This document shows positions 1 to 12,200 of a stretch of DNA of 64,000 nucleotides, piece by piece. Below the pieces are notes generated by a model. That model was not told the origin of the DNA and searched no databases. It was given only the letters and a program-made list of their open reading frames with translations. Each line of letters begins with the position of its first letter. The first letter of the stretch is position 1. Origin of the DNA: Amoebophrya sp. A120 (taxonomy: Eukaryota > Protista > Dinoflagellata); contig CAJINV010000002.1 of NCBI GenBank assembly GCA_905178155.1, positions 5,870,476 to 5,934,475 of the forward strand, given 5' to 3'. The position numbers were made by a program, and so were the translations under genes.

Positions 1-142
1 CATACAGCGCGGCCTTTTTCTTCAACTTGGAGCTGCCAAAGTACAGAAAAAAGCCGTATTTTCTGTTGTTCAAAAAAGCAGAATGTGGCGCAAAAAAAGG
101 CAGTCGAATTCGGGAAGAAAAGGCGCAAAAAAATGAACACGC

Positions 143-3100
143 TCAGACAAGCAAAACGTCCAAAAAGTGACACGCAGTTGACACGCAGTTGAGTCCAAAA
201 AGTGACACGCAGTTGACACGCAAAGTGACACGCAGTTGACCACCGTCGTGGTTGTTCCAGTCAATCGACTCCAAAGACCCCCGCGTACTGTAACTTCGGG
301 TGTTGGAGGCGGATGGATTCAACATGTGATATCCGCTGCCGTCGTGGTTCATCAGAGGGATAGCGCTTGTTTTGGTTCCATTCAAGGCCGCACTGTTATT
401 GTCCTGCACGTGCCACGTGAAACAGTTCTGATTCATCAACCTCGTCAAAGTTTTCGCGTCGCCAAAAACGGTGTCGTAGTCGCCCCGTAAATGGAGTTTT
501 ACCAAACTACTCGCAGTTCGCCGCAGTGGTAAATCTTCGCGTCTGGCTGTACTTATGCGCATCGCTGGGGCCCCGCCCCCCGCTGAAGTAGCAGACGCAT
601 TTTCACCTTCTACACCAGGAGCAGTGGCCGTAGTACCAGAAAAATTAACGGTGCTGTTGTTGGTTATGCTGCTCTGGTCGTCATTTTCACCGTCAACATC
701 TCGCCCGGTCGTGGGTTGTGTCGTCCCTAGCAATCTAGTTTTATTCTCCTCGTCATTGTAGTTTATCGATTTCTTGTCCATTTTGGTGGACAGCAATAAT
801 GCGCTTGAGGGCGTCATGGGAGCGGAGTTGGACTCCTTTTCATCTTCCTTTGCTCGTGTCGTTGTTTTTTCTTCGGCGTCATCTACAACTTCTTTATCAA
901 CATGGTCGCCATCTACTTCACTGGGATCTATGTCTCGATCCATATCCTCTTTATTCACTAAACCCGAGTTCGAGGAAATCTGCGAATTCCACCGTCTCGA
1001 CTGCGACGCCACGGAGTTATTTCCGGGAAACGGAAAGTGCACCTGCTCTTTGTAGAATGCCGTCGAGGAGTTCCCCGAGCTTCTCGTCCGGTCTAAGGGG
1101 TGAAAAGAGAGTAAAGGAGCTGGGTTGTTCATATTCTTGCTACTGTTCTTTGTGGTCTTCGTTCTTGTGCTTGCTGTGGTGCCACCGGTTACATCAACTT
1201 TCGTAGTCGTTGTGCAATGACGCGTTTCGTTCTCCAAGCTAGCGATCTCCTTCAAGTCCGACTCCAGCATCAGACTCCCGTGGTAGTATTCGTAATTTTC
1301 CCTCGTCGCCTGCCGTTGCAGCACCCCCCGGCCGGCTGTGCTGTTATTGCTGTTGTTCGTTCCCGCGGACTTGGTCGTGTTCGGTCGCGACTTTTGGATC
1401 GAGTACTCAATCCTGGTAGTCAGCTTCTTCCGTTGGTCTTTCCCGTAAAACTTCGGCAAGAACTTCAGCAGCCGGTGCTTCTGCTTCGGGGGTTCTGGCA
1501 CCAGGTCCTCTCCCGCGTCAGAGTCATTGTCCTGCTTTTGGCGTTGCGACGACGAAGATATTCTCGCTGAGGTGGACAATTTGGAATTCACAGAGGGTGA
1601 ATTCATCGTCGGATCACTGCCGCCCTTGATACCAATCTTCTGGTGGTATTGAAGAGAGAAAGCCGGGACGATAGGGTGTTGGTTTATTTCGATGCGTCTA
1701 GTAGTAACATGCTGGTGCGCGATTTTGCCACGCAAAGAAATTAAAGCGCTGCACACAATACTTGGTTTGCAGCTGGTGAGGAAAAAGAAAAGGGCATGGA
1801 CTTGAATTATGCTATATGCATGAAGTGAAGCGCGTCACGTCTCTCATAACATACTGGTAGAATTAATAGTACGCCTTTCATGCATATTCCGTCACATCTA
1901 GACACTTCGAGTCAGGTGCCGACCCTGCTTAATAATCACCATTTTGATACAGCAGATTGACAGTCGGTCTGCTCGCACTTCCGCTTCGACTGTCTTTCAA
2001 ATTGAAACTTATCCCACGAAAAAAGTGTTACAGTTACACATTTGTAGTGAATGCAGCAACACAAATTTCTCTGCATGTTGAGAGAGAAAACTTGTAGTGC
2101 AGAAATTCTAGGGGAAAACACCTATGAAACGAGGCTTCTATGCATATCCGGCATGACAGAGCTTGCCTGTCTTGCTTGGCCTGCAACGCAATGTGTAACT
2201 GTAACACTTTTTTCTTGCGATAAAACTCGACGCGTTTCCACTACCCGAGCTTCGGCTCGGCGACTCGGTCATAACACTGGTGTTGGCATTCCTGCTTGTC
2301 CTCTCGTCCGGTTGTTGACCATCAGCATCCTCATGATCCCGGTCGGCTCGATCATTTACCGCGAACTTCGCAGCACTTATATTGTTCTCTTTCTCTTTGT
2401 CACCACCTTGTAGTAAGCCACCGTACAGGAACTTCTGTTTCTTTTTGCTCGCCACGGAGCTGGAGGAGTTGGACCCGTACTTCTTGTTCGTCGACACATT
2501 CTCCGGCCAGTTGTTCATAATTCGGTAGAAGTCGTACTCGATGCGGCCTCGCGATTTCGTCCGCCCCTCCGCCTGCTCCTTTTCCGACAACCCAATCCAG
2601 GGTTTGTATACCTTCCCGTCGTTGGTGTACATGCAGAGCTTCGCGTCCTGTTTCTGAAAGTAGCCGTCGTTGGACAGGTTCCGGTGGTGACTGCCAGAAG
2701 AAGTGTTTTGGTGAAGACGGTGATTCATTTTTGGGTGGAACAACGCGGATCGGTCTCCCGATCCCGACGAGTTCCTTCCGCTCGCCGCGAGCGACGATTT
2801 AATATTGTGATCACGCTGTTGTACTGTCCCATCCAGGCCGATCGGAAGCAACGGCGGATCGGTCTGGGTTCTTCGGGTCAGAAGGTTTTTCACGACTTCG
2901 TTGTCATCTCTCCCCAGGATCTCTTCCACGTGGTACTCGTATTCCGCCTGCTCGTATCAAGTGCAAAAAAGTCTGGACCTGGAAGAATGCATGTTTGTCA
3001 TGCTTGTCTGCCATGACTCTTAAATCTGTCATGCACGTTACCCAAGAGCTAGATTTTTTCTGTGATGCAGAAACGCAGTTTGTCATGCAGAATAGGCAAC

Positions 3101-3862
3101 ACCTAGAAGCTCAGAAACTTGTGATGCTGAGCCAGCATTTGTGGCCTCATCATGAAACGCCACCCAGCATCGAAAGTTTCCAGACCCAGACATTTTTACA
3201 TTTGATAGCTCGTACCCGTGCCCGGCGACGACATCCAGCTTCTGGTACTGCCGTTCCTCGTATCAAATGCAAAAATGTCTGGGTCTGGAAAGTTGGAACT
3301 TGTGATGCTAACTTTGGACTCTAAAAAAATCTGTATTGCATGACCAGCAAGAGGAGCCATATTTGTGCTACGCGAGGAGGGCATTTGTCATTCGGAAATG
3401 GCATCAGGAAGCTTTCCAAAAATCTGTGATGCTGGGTCATGCATTACAAGCATCATGGGTCATGCTAGACAAGCATGACAAGCCTTCCATTCTTCCAGAC
3501 CCAGACATTTTTACATTTGATACCTCGACAATGACCTCATCGGAGACTTCGCGCTCCTTCAACTCTAGCTGGGATTCTAACAGTAGGTCGGTCGTGAGCG
3601 AGAGGGAGGTGGTGAAATCTTTGGTCGGCCGGCGCGCTTCAAGCACCGTGTTGGAGAAGTGCGCGGCTTTCTGTTTCGAGGAGGTGCTGCTGGAGGTGTT
3701 GAGTGGAGGGGATTTGGAGGAGGTGTTGTCAGGAGCATCTCCTTGCTCAATACCTCCGCCGCAGTCTGTTTTTTCGGCGAGCTGCCGAGTCTCTGGGTCG
3801 TCGGTCGCTGCGGTGCTGGTCCCGCGACCGAGGGGGAGCTTTTTAGCGGGGCTGGTGGACAT
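143..3862 (-). CDS. Multi-exon low-complexity (Ser/Thr/Asn-rich) hypothetical protein; true 3' end uncertain and may lie outside the window
   Basis: ORFs 3437-3862, 2138-2929 and 143-1756 join in frame after removing elements 3261-3522, 2955-3207, 2010-2222 (each plus 5 nt) and a GT-AG intron 1773-1950: ...EVIVE-ERQYQKLDVVAGHGYE-QAEYEYHVEEILGRDD...GNASSF-NLKDSRSG... No recognisable domain. Confidence 0.7.
158..240. repeat. Short tandem array of G(T)TGACACGCA units with a GTCCAAAAAGTGACACGCAGTTGACACGCA duplication
   Basis: Directly visible; probably intronic, since the ORF 143-1756 translation becomes repetitive here. Confidence 0.75.
1773..1950 (-). other. Canonical GT-AG intron (predicted)
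   Basis: Donor ct|gtatcaa; pyrimidine tract and acceptor ttttctttttcctcaccag|c; 178 nt joins the frames. Confidence 0.55.
2010..2222. mobile_element. Introner / MITE-like intron, TIR family 'TATC-GAAAAAAGTGTTACAG'
   Basis: ~33-bp TIR (tatcccacgaaaaaagtgttacagttacacatt / aatgtgtaactgtaacacttttttcttgcgata); perfect 5-bp TSD AAACT; removal leaves an open frame. Confidence 0.9.
2955..3207. mobile_element. Introner, TIR family 1 (TATCAAATGCAAAAATGTCTGGGTCTGGAA)
   Basis: ~30-bp TIR; perfect TSD GCTCG (2950-2954 and 3208-3212); removal restores frame; no GT-AG pair possible. Confidence 0.92.
3261..3522. mobile_element. Introner, TIR family 1, opposite orientation to 2955-3207
   Basis: ~30-bp TIR; perfect TSD CCTCG; TSD plus TAT end gives a canonical gag|GTATC...ACGAG|gaa intron on the minus strand. 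Confidence 0.92.
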
Positions 3863-6220
3863 TCTGGTTTTGTGCGAGTCTGAGTGTGAGTCGCAAGGAA
3901 AAATACTAAATCGAGTGCAGAATGAGAGCAGTAATCTCCCAACCAGCCTGCTCTATTATCTGGCTCTCTGCTTGTGCGTTCACGAAAACTTACGCGAAAG
4001 CGAGGCCGCGAAGAAAAATGCCAATGCCGAGGCTGACGGAAAAAAGACAATTTCATATTAATGCCTCTCACTCACTGCGCCTAACACGGCGCCAGAACCT
4101 CACACTCACGTCACAAGAAAAAACAATCAACAAATAAAATATCATCTGGCGGTTACTTCTAAGTGGCTTACCCGTGTGAAAGAAATTTGAACTCTCTCGG
4201 TCCCCCTCCCCCCACCAACACCGCCACGTCAAGAAGAGACAACGCTCCCTCAAGAAATAGTTGTACGAAACCCAAGCACAGGCACAGAAAAAGATCAACA
4301 AAGTTGGATGCTGACGGGTACCGAGAAAACCTGTCAGTTGCACTCACTATGTAACCCGCAGTGAGTTAATGCGTTGAGGTAGACGTAGAGGTGGCACTAG
4401 TGGCAGCAGGCGCGCAGATATTGCGCCTGGCGCCGCTCGCGACGGCCGGGAAGCTGCAAACTTACTGGGGTGGCCTGCGTGCGCGAGGTCGTTTGCGGTC
4501 ATCCCAGGGGGGGGCGGCGGGCCCGCGGCGAGGCAGAGGGGCGCGAATGTGACCACAAGCCACACGGCCACCGGCCGGCCATCGCCGGCCGCCGCACATT
4601 AATGGCCGACGCGGGGGGCCATGGGGCGGGGCGCCGCGTCATCGCGGCGCACCGGGCGCCCATACTCGTCAGGCTCTGCCAGCCGCTGGAGGTTCTTCAC
4701 GATGATGGAGCACGTCGCCGCACAGTCCGCCGGGCGCGTCGGGTTTTCAATACCCACACACGCGCCCTGTCACAACTCGCTTAGTTCGTCGTCACGCAGA
4801 AGGGCCGGCATTGGTGCCGCGCCGGCCGCCCGGATAGGGCGGGCGGGCCACTGCCGGGAACGACGGCCCCCGTCGGCCCTGCGAGCAGGCTCAGAAAGCG
4901 GCGCCCCATGCGGCCGCCAGCCCGGCCATTTTGGGAGCATGGCGCGCAGGCGCGAACTCGGGCGCGGCATTATTCTCACCACCTGGCAACCCTGTAGGCC
5001 TGTCCTCCGTCGTGTCGCCGCTGGCTTGTACTCAGTTGTGTCGCCGCTCGGCGCGCCCCGCTCCGGGCCCCCCTGCCATTTTGGCGCCTTCCTCCATTTT
5101 AGGCACTTCTCGCCGTCTTCAGCGATTAGCCGACAAAGATCGGGCCACCAGGCCAAGGCGTCCATCTTGTTCGAAGCGATTGCGGAAAATAACCGCATGA
5201 ATGCAGCGCCACGTAGCTATTTTATTTTACTCAGCAAAAATAAGCCATATTTCAACGAATTCGTGCACGTTCAAACATAGCGACAGAAGCTCATGACCGC
5301 AACGCCTCTCAATGCTCTTGGATAGGTATCGTTCCCTCATGGTCACCGGGAAAAACATGTTGATACCAACGACGAATATTGGCGCACTTGCAACGTGCAA
5401 CCGCGGAATAGGAAGGAATAGAATCGACCTACTATGCTTATCTCCCCACACTCATCATATCACGGACCACGTCCCGTCACTCGTTGCTGAAAGAAAGTCG
5501 ATCCCAGTGAAATACCAGCAGAGCTTAACGTTGCGCAAAAAAATGAAACGATCGCACTACCTCCAGCCTCATGGAACGAGGCACAGCCACGTTGCCAAGT
5601 AATCGCAATTTTTGCTTATCTTTTTACTTCTTCCTCATCTTCTTGCTTTACGTTTTCTCGGAAATTTCCAGGTCGGTTACTTGCACCTTACAACTCTTCA
5701 TCAGAGTTTCACGCTTACAATCGGTTTCTTTGACTTATGGTTGCTTTGACCAATATTTTTTTCTCTTCTCACTCCTCTTGATGGTCTTTGACAGTATCAA
5801 ATCGAAGGTGGTTTTTATTTTTCCTGTGACGATTGGAAATTATTTTCAAAACAAGCTCTGCTTTGTAATTCACTGTGACAACAAACTGTGAGAATCGACG
5901 AAACAAGATTTTTACCATTTCACGTTTCGAAAAAAGAGACTGCTCCTGTGTCTTTTTACTTCTATATCCGGATAGCTCGGAAATGGAAAATCGAAGTTCA
6001 CGCAGGGCTGTTGTACTCCCTAACAGCACGATTCACGCACACTTTCCCAGAAGTTGCATGAGGAAAATCCGCCACCTTGGAGTGCAAGAGGGGAGGTTGT
6101 ACTTATCGGTTGAAAAACTTCTTTGACGAAAAATGGTTGACGCACGTCCTGCTCTCCACCGCCACCCACACAGGGAAACACAACAAGGAGCAACATCAAT
6201 ACGCGGCAGCACTTTTTCTT

Positions 6221-9200
6221 TCACACGAACCCGTTGATTTTGACCACAAAACCGCAACTCGCAGGAATTTCGATCATCTCCGACCGGGCGGTGTGGATCA
6301 AACTTTTGTCCACCTTTTCCTTGATCTCGAGCTGGAGTTTTTCGTCCGGTGAGATGTTTTTGTTTTCGATGAAGATCGTGTCGTACAGATCCATCCCCGT
6401 TTCGTAGATCGCCCCGTCGAACATCCGGGCGGACTTCAGCCACAGCTTCACCAACACGGGGATGTACCCGTGGTTCTGCACCTCGATGCCGTCCTTCGGC
6501 CCGCCCAGGTGGATGCTGATCCCGCAATCTAGCCGGGCCAGCGTGTGAATGGACGTCCGGCTCGCATCCACCGTGGCGACGACTCCCTTCTCCAAGTAGA
6601 ACTTCAAGTGGCATTTCAGGTATTCCTCCTCCTCCGGCTGGTAATTCTCGTCGTCTTCCGGCTCGGGAATCACGAGTTTCTGCTCCTTTTCCTCCTCGTT
6701 CTTCGGGGAATTGGAGGTTTCCGTGTCGGTTTTCGAGGTGGGTTGCTCGTTTTGAAGATTCTGATTCATCTCGTTCAGATCCTTCTCCACGTCCGCGGTC
6801 TGCTTCGTTGGGCTCTTGGTGTTCGGACTGGACAAGTGGCTGCTGTTGTTGTCGTCGTCCTCATTGTCCAGGCCTAAGAGTCCCAACCCGTCCCCATCGA
6901 GACTGTGGTGAATTAACCCACCATACCCGTACTCATCGCCACCATCTAGTGTCGTGCCTGCAGCTCCGTAGTCAAGACTCGTCCCGGGATCATCGACATT
7001 TTCTGTCCCGTCATCGTTTCTGCTACTATTCTGTCCGTCCCGCAATAAATCAGTTGATTTCTCCACCGCGGGACTCCACTTTTCCTCAGAGTCGTGGGAA
7101 TCCACGGAGTTACGATGGTGCACGACCCCACCGGGCGTGATGTGCGTGTCCGTCTGCTTGCTGCTGGACGGGGTGGCTTTGTTGTTTGTCAATTTGGAGG
7201 ATTTGTTCTTCGGCGATAAATCGTTATCTGGCGATCTGATTGCGCTGTCGTCGACTGCCTTGGAGGCAGATTCGTTGTTATTATTTGCGGTTTGTTTTGA
7301 AGAGGTATTGGAAGGAGATTTCACCATGTTCTGATCGGCCACTTCGTCGGGTACTACACCAGCGGTGGTTTCTTCTGGATTGTTCATTTTGCTGTGCGCG
7401 GGACCGCCACTTCTACTGCTACTTTCGAAGTGGTTCGCGTCGACATCCGTTATCTCCGTGTTCACAATCTGTACCACTTCCGGTGGCTGCAGAGCCAGTT
7501 GCTGCTCCTTTTTCAACCTGCGTTCCGCCTCCCTTTCCGCCAACAGCGCCTTGATCTCCGCCTTTTTTTCCGCGATGTACGCGTTCCGGTTCTCTTTACT
7601 CGCCACGAACGGCACCTGGAGACACAACACCTGCCCAGGCCACAACAAAATCTCCTCGCTGTTCATCCGGCTCGCGGACGTGATCCCGCCGAGGACCAAT
7701 TTTGTCATCGGGTGGGCCGACATTACTAACCCGACCGTTTTCTGCACAATCCCGTCGTAAGATTCAAACCGAAGCGTGACGCACCGGCAGGTTTGGTTGC
7801 AGATCAGCACGCGCCGCCGCGTCCCGTGAAGGTAGGCGGAAATCTGGGACTCAAACTCGCTGTGCCACCCGTTCATCTGATCGAGGCCCGTGTCGTAGCT
7901 ACCCTGCGCGAGCCCCCGGCTGACCAGGGTGTGCGGCGCCGTCAAACAGTACCCGCGGCGCTCGATCACCTGCACGAGCTGCTGCTCGGGAGACGTCGGT
8001 GGGCGCTTTGCAGTTTGCTGGTTCTTCTGCTTGCTGCCGGTGTTCAATGCCACTTCACCCTCGGGGCTTTTATTTGCAACTGCGGCTTTGCTCTTACCTG
8101 CAGGGGACGTAGTTGTCGTTGCTGCGTCCTCAGTCACCTCCTCAACCGCGTCCTCGAAGGTGTCACTCCTCAGTTTTTCCATATCAATCGGCACGACGTT
8201 CATCTGCTCTATCCTCGTTTCCACGACCGGACAGACTCGGTTCCGCAACGATTCGACCGTTTGGTCCTCCAACAGCAAAAACCGCATGTCGTCGCTCATC
8301 CACAGCATCACATTCGAAATCGCCCACACCTCCAACGCGCCGGGCAGCGGCATCACCAGCCCGGCGGCGAAACCGAGAACCGAGTGCTGCACCTTCCCCA
8401 GGAAGGACTCCCCGGGGATGTGGGACAAATTCGCGTGCAGCTGCTGCTGCTTCACCTCTTGCTGTAGTTGTGCGGGGGAAGAGGAGTTGGCGTCTCCTTG
8501 TTCTTGCGCGGTCGTCTGATCTTCAGGGTCATTTTGAAGAATCTGGTCTCCCCTGGGGGAAAAAACATTTGGGTTCGACAATCCGTCGTCGCTGTTCTCA
8601 TCATCGCTTTGTTTGTTTCCGTTTTTCCGATCGCGGACAACGGCGCGATTGCTTTTCTGCTCGCCATTTTCCCCCGCCACAGGATGCGCGCCGTTGCTAT
8701 CCAGCCCCGCGAGACCCGCCCCGTCGCCGGAACTGGAATTCGCGCGGATAATGTTGCTCGCGTCGTCGTGTTATCCTGTGCAAAAGTTCTTGTATCGGAG
8801 ACTCGTAGCAAGTGATTGCGATTTTGCATCACAATAAACGTGTTGGTGTTCATCTTTACCTTAATCAATCTGCATGAGAAATTTCATTTTGTCTCTGTGA
8901 TTCAATCACGACCACTAAGCCACCTAATACGATAGAACTTTTTGCAGCAATGCATATGTATTCCATGATTTGGTCTTCTGGCACGACCGCAGAGGGGGAT
9001 CTTTGCACTGCGATGGCGGGAACCACTGAAGTTGTGGCTCCGCTAGACACTAGGTCGGTATTCAGCTGCAACAGATTGTTTTGCTCTGTCTCGCTGTTAC
9101 TGGTATTTATCCCTACTAGCTCTTTCGAGCTCTGTTTTGACAAGTTCGTCTTCTCACTCACCACCCCCTTCGCCACGGCCGTGCTGTAGGTTTTGTTCGT

Positions 9201-12200
9201 TGCCGGCGTGGTTTTGTCCAGCACCAATTGCGACCCTTTGCGATGCAGGTTGCTGCTCGGCTGTCCCGCGGCTGCTGCGGCGTTGTTTACGGCCGTCTGC
9301 GCACCGAGTAGCAACACCGCTCGGATTGACATCAGTCGCTTCTGTTGCGCCAAGTACCCCTGCCCCAACGCCCGGAGACACTGCAGGAGATCCACCCGCT
9401 CCTTCAACAGAAACGCCAAATCCACGCCGTGCAGAATGTGGTCGCACAGCCGCAGCACCTCTGGCAAATGCTCCTGCAGCGCCTGGAGCCAGGCTTCGTT
9501 CCACTCTTCCTTCCGGGTTTGCCAGTCGGCGAGCATCTTGCCGTCCAGCGACTCGAAAATCGCGCCCCACAGGTGATCCAGCGACGCCCGCTCCATCCAG
9601 TGCAGGCTGTCGTGAAGCAGAATGATGCAGGATCGCAAAACGTAGAACAGGCCCAAGGCCTGTACGCGTTCTCGCACCGTGTAGGACTGGGCGAGGAGCT
9701 GCTTCTTCGTAAGTTGATTCTTCTTCGCGGCATCCTCTTCTTTGTTGGTCGAGGCCTGCTCGGAGGACGTTTGCGCTGGTTGCTGCGCCGCTGCGCCCGC
9801 GATTTTGCCCGCGGTAACTACCGCCGCCACGGCGGCTTTGGCCTTCGGAGTTGCTGCGCCTCCGGGAGCGGATTGTGTTGAAGTGGATCCAGTAGCTGCA
9901 CCCGTGCCTGCTTTGCTCTTTGGCGTCGCTTGTTTGTTTGCCGCCGGCGACGTGGCCGCGCTGGTTTGTTCGCCATCGACACTTGTTGCGTTATTTCCTG
10001 CTTCAGTCGTAGTTTTCTTCGAACCCGGTTTACTGTTCGAGCCAAGTACAACTGTTCCGCTGGTCGGACTGGTGTCGATGTTTCCGCTGCTGGGGTCTCC
10101 CGTGCCGGACAGAAACTCTGCCATGGTCTCGGCCCGTTCCGCCTTGACCTTCCGCTCCGCACCGAGGAGGCCGTCGTTCCGTGTGATGGAGCTGGTGGTG
10201 GCCACGTGCCGGAATCTCTCCTTCAGTACCGCGCCTTGCTGGGTTGTGCTGTCCGAGTCATCGCTACTCTTGTCATTCCCGTCGTGGTCGTCTGCGTGCT
10301 GGAATTTGGGGCCGGCGGCCGCTCGCGAGGAAGATGATGAACCCTGGGGAGCAGGGCTCTTTTCAACAACTCCCACGTCACCCGGATTTTTGGCATCCAC
10401 TCCAGGTTCTCCCCCACTGGTCGTGGCCGACGTCCCCGACGGGTTAACGTTATTCTCCCCGCCACTGACTGGGTCCTTCGGCGTCTCGGCGCCGGCTCTG
10501 CTACTACCGGCTACGACATCGTCCGTCACCGCGCTGCTCACCGCGGTTGTCTCGCTGACCCCCGCAGTGGTTGCCTCGGACGGCGGCGCACCGACGGACG
10601 CGGTATCGTCAAGTAAGTCCGTGGCCGCGTTTTGTCCTTGGGGATTTTGCAGGTTTACTTGCTCCGCAGCAGCGGTAGTTCCACTTGCAGCAGTTTTGTT
10701 CTTCTTCTTTTTCTCTTTCGGTTTCGGACTGCTTGTAGACCTCGGCTTTTTGTAGATCTTCATCATGAAATCCGAAAAGCGCACGAGCCAGTGTTCGGGG
10801 TTCTGCAGCCCATCGTCGCCGTCGTTCAGTGCGTTGGCGATGTTGTACCGGATTAGTCTTTCCTGCTCCAAGTCTTCCAGTCTTTGCGACTTCCGCGGCA
10901 CGTATTCCTGATTCGCGTCGAGTAGGTGGAAATTGGATGCAGTTACCGTCACGATCTCCTGCGGAAACGCGGGGAGCAAATTGTTATCCACGACACTCTG
11001 CGCGGAGATCGGAAAGTAGCCCTGGTTACTAGTACCGCTGCTCTCCACGGCACTGTGCCGAGGACCGGAGCTGCTTGTAGCCCCTCCAGGTCCGCCACCT
11101 CCTGCGCCATCGTTTCTCGGGCTGCGCTCCTTGTTGTTGAAGGTTGCGCTCCTCGTGCCGGCCGGCGTTGCCATCTGCATCTGCAGCGGCTCCATGTTGT
11201 GGAGGGAAAAGCTGTCACCAGTCACGTTGCGGTTGCGCGGTTCGTACTCCACGGTGACGGCCTCGTCGTCGAGATCGTCTTCCACGAGGCTCCGCACTAA
11301 GTTCCTCGACAAAAACTTGTCGTGTCCCTTCCGCACCTCGTGCATCAGAAACCAATTTAGGGAAAACCGCAACCCCTTGAACAGGGGCGGTAAATTTTTC
11401 CGCCCCACGACGTTGAATTCGAGCTCTGCGTCCCGGGAGTTGCCGCCGAAGTTCTGGTTTTTTCTTTCCCGTTTCCGTATCACCGGCTCCTTCATCGACT
11501 TGTGGGTCGTAACTTCCTGGTTAGAAGTACCTTGCCCTCCCGCAGCTCCACCGCGTCGGTTGGGTCGGGCGATTTCCGGACTGAGTGATCCGGTATCCTG
11601 GATGGCGCTGACGATCCCGGCCGTGTCCTTGATCGCCACGTTGGCCTCGGCCAACTCGCCCCACCCGGCGCAGTTGAACCCGCGGATGGAAATGACATAG
11701 AGGCCGGGCGGGAGATTGGGAAGTTCCCAAGTGGTGAAAACCCCCGTGTCCTGCGACTTTTCCGCCTTGTAATTGCGATACGCAAAGCGCTTCTCCTTCT
11801 TTTTCTCCTTGCTCACCATGCGGTACTCCACCATGCAACCCAGAACGGGCGCGTCGCGGAGAAGATCCTGCATCTCGAACCGAATGCAGCCGTTGGCGCA
11901 GCCGCGCAGGTTTTGCGCGCGTTTTGGAACTGGTGCGGTTTTGAAGACCTGAGAGCGAGAAAAGGTAATTTTGGCGGTCGCAAGCACATTCAACACCAAG
12001 CACATTCGTTGCGAGAAAAAGAAGAAATTGAAATTTACTATCAGCACAACAATCAATTCGTACCGCCGCGCACTGCGCCGTTGGTCCCAGCCCCACTGCG
12101 TTTTTGGGCGCGACGCGGAAGAGGTAGCTCCGGTTCGGCAGCAGTCCCTGTATCACCGACTTCCACTCCCGGGTCTGCAGATCTTCTCCCTTCGCGAAAA

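Noticed and set aside
5075-5085. GCCATTTTGGC resembling the dinoflagellate spliced-leader core
   Set aside because: Only 11 nt match, flanks disagree, and it is on the non-coding strand.
4621-5280. 219-aa plus-strand ORF and overlapping ORFs
   Set aside because: Same GC-driven artefact.
9742-10755. Long plus-strand ORFs opposite real genes (also 3336-4061, 33488-34435, 35739-36674)
   Set aside because: Antisense shadows of low-complexity minus-strand coding sequence.
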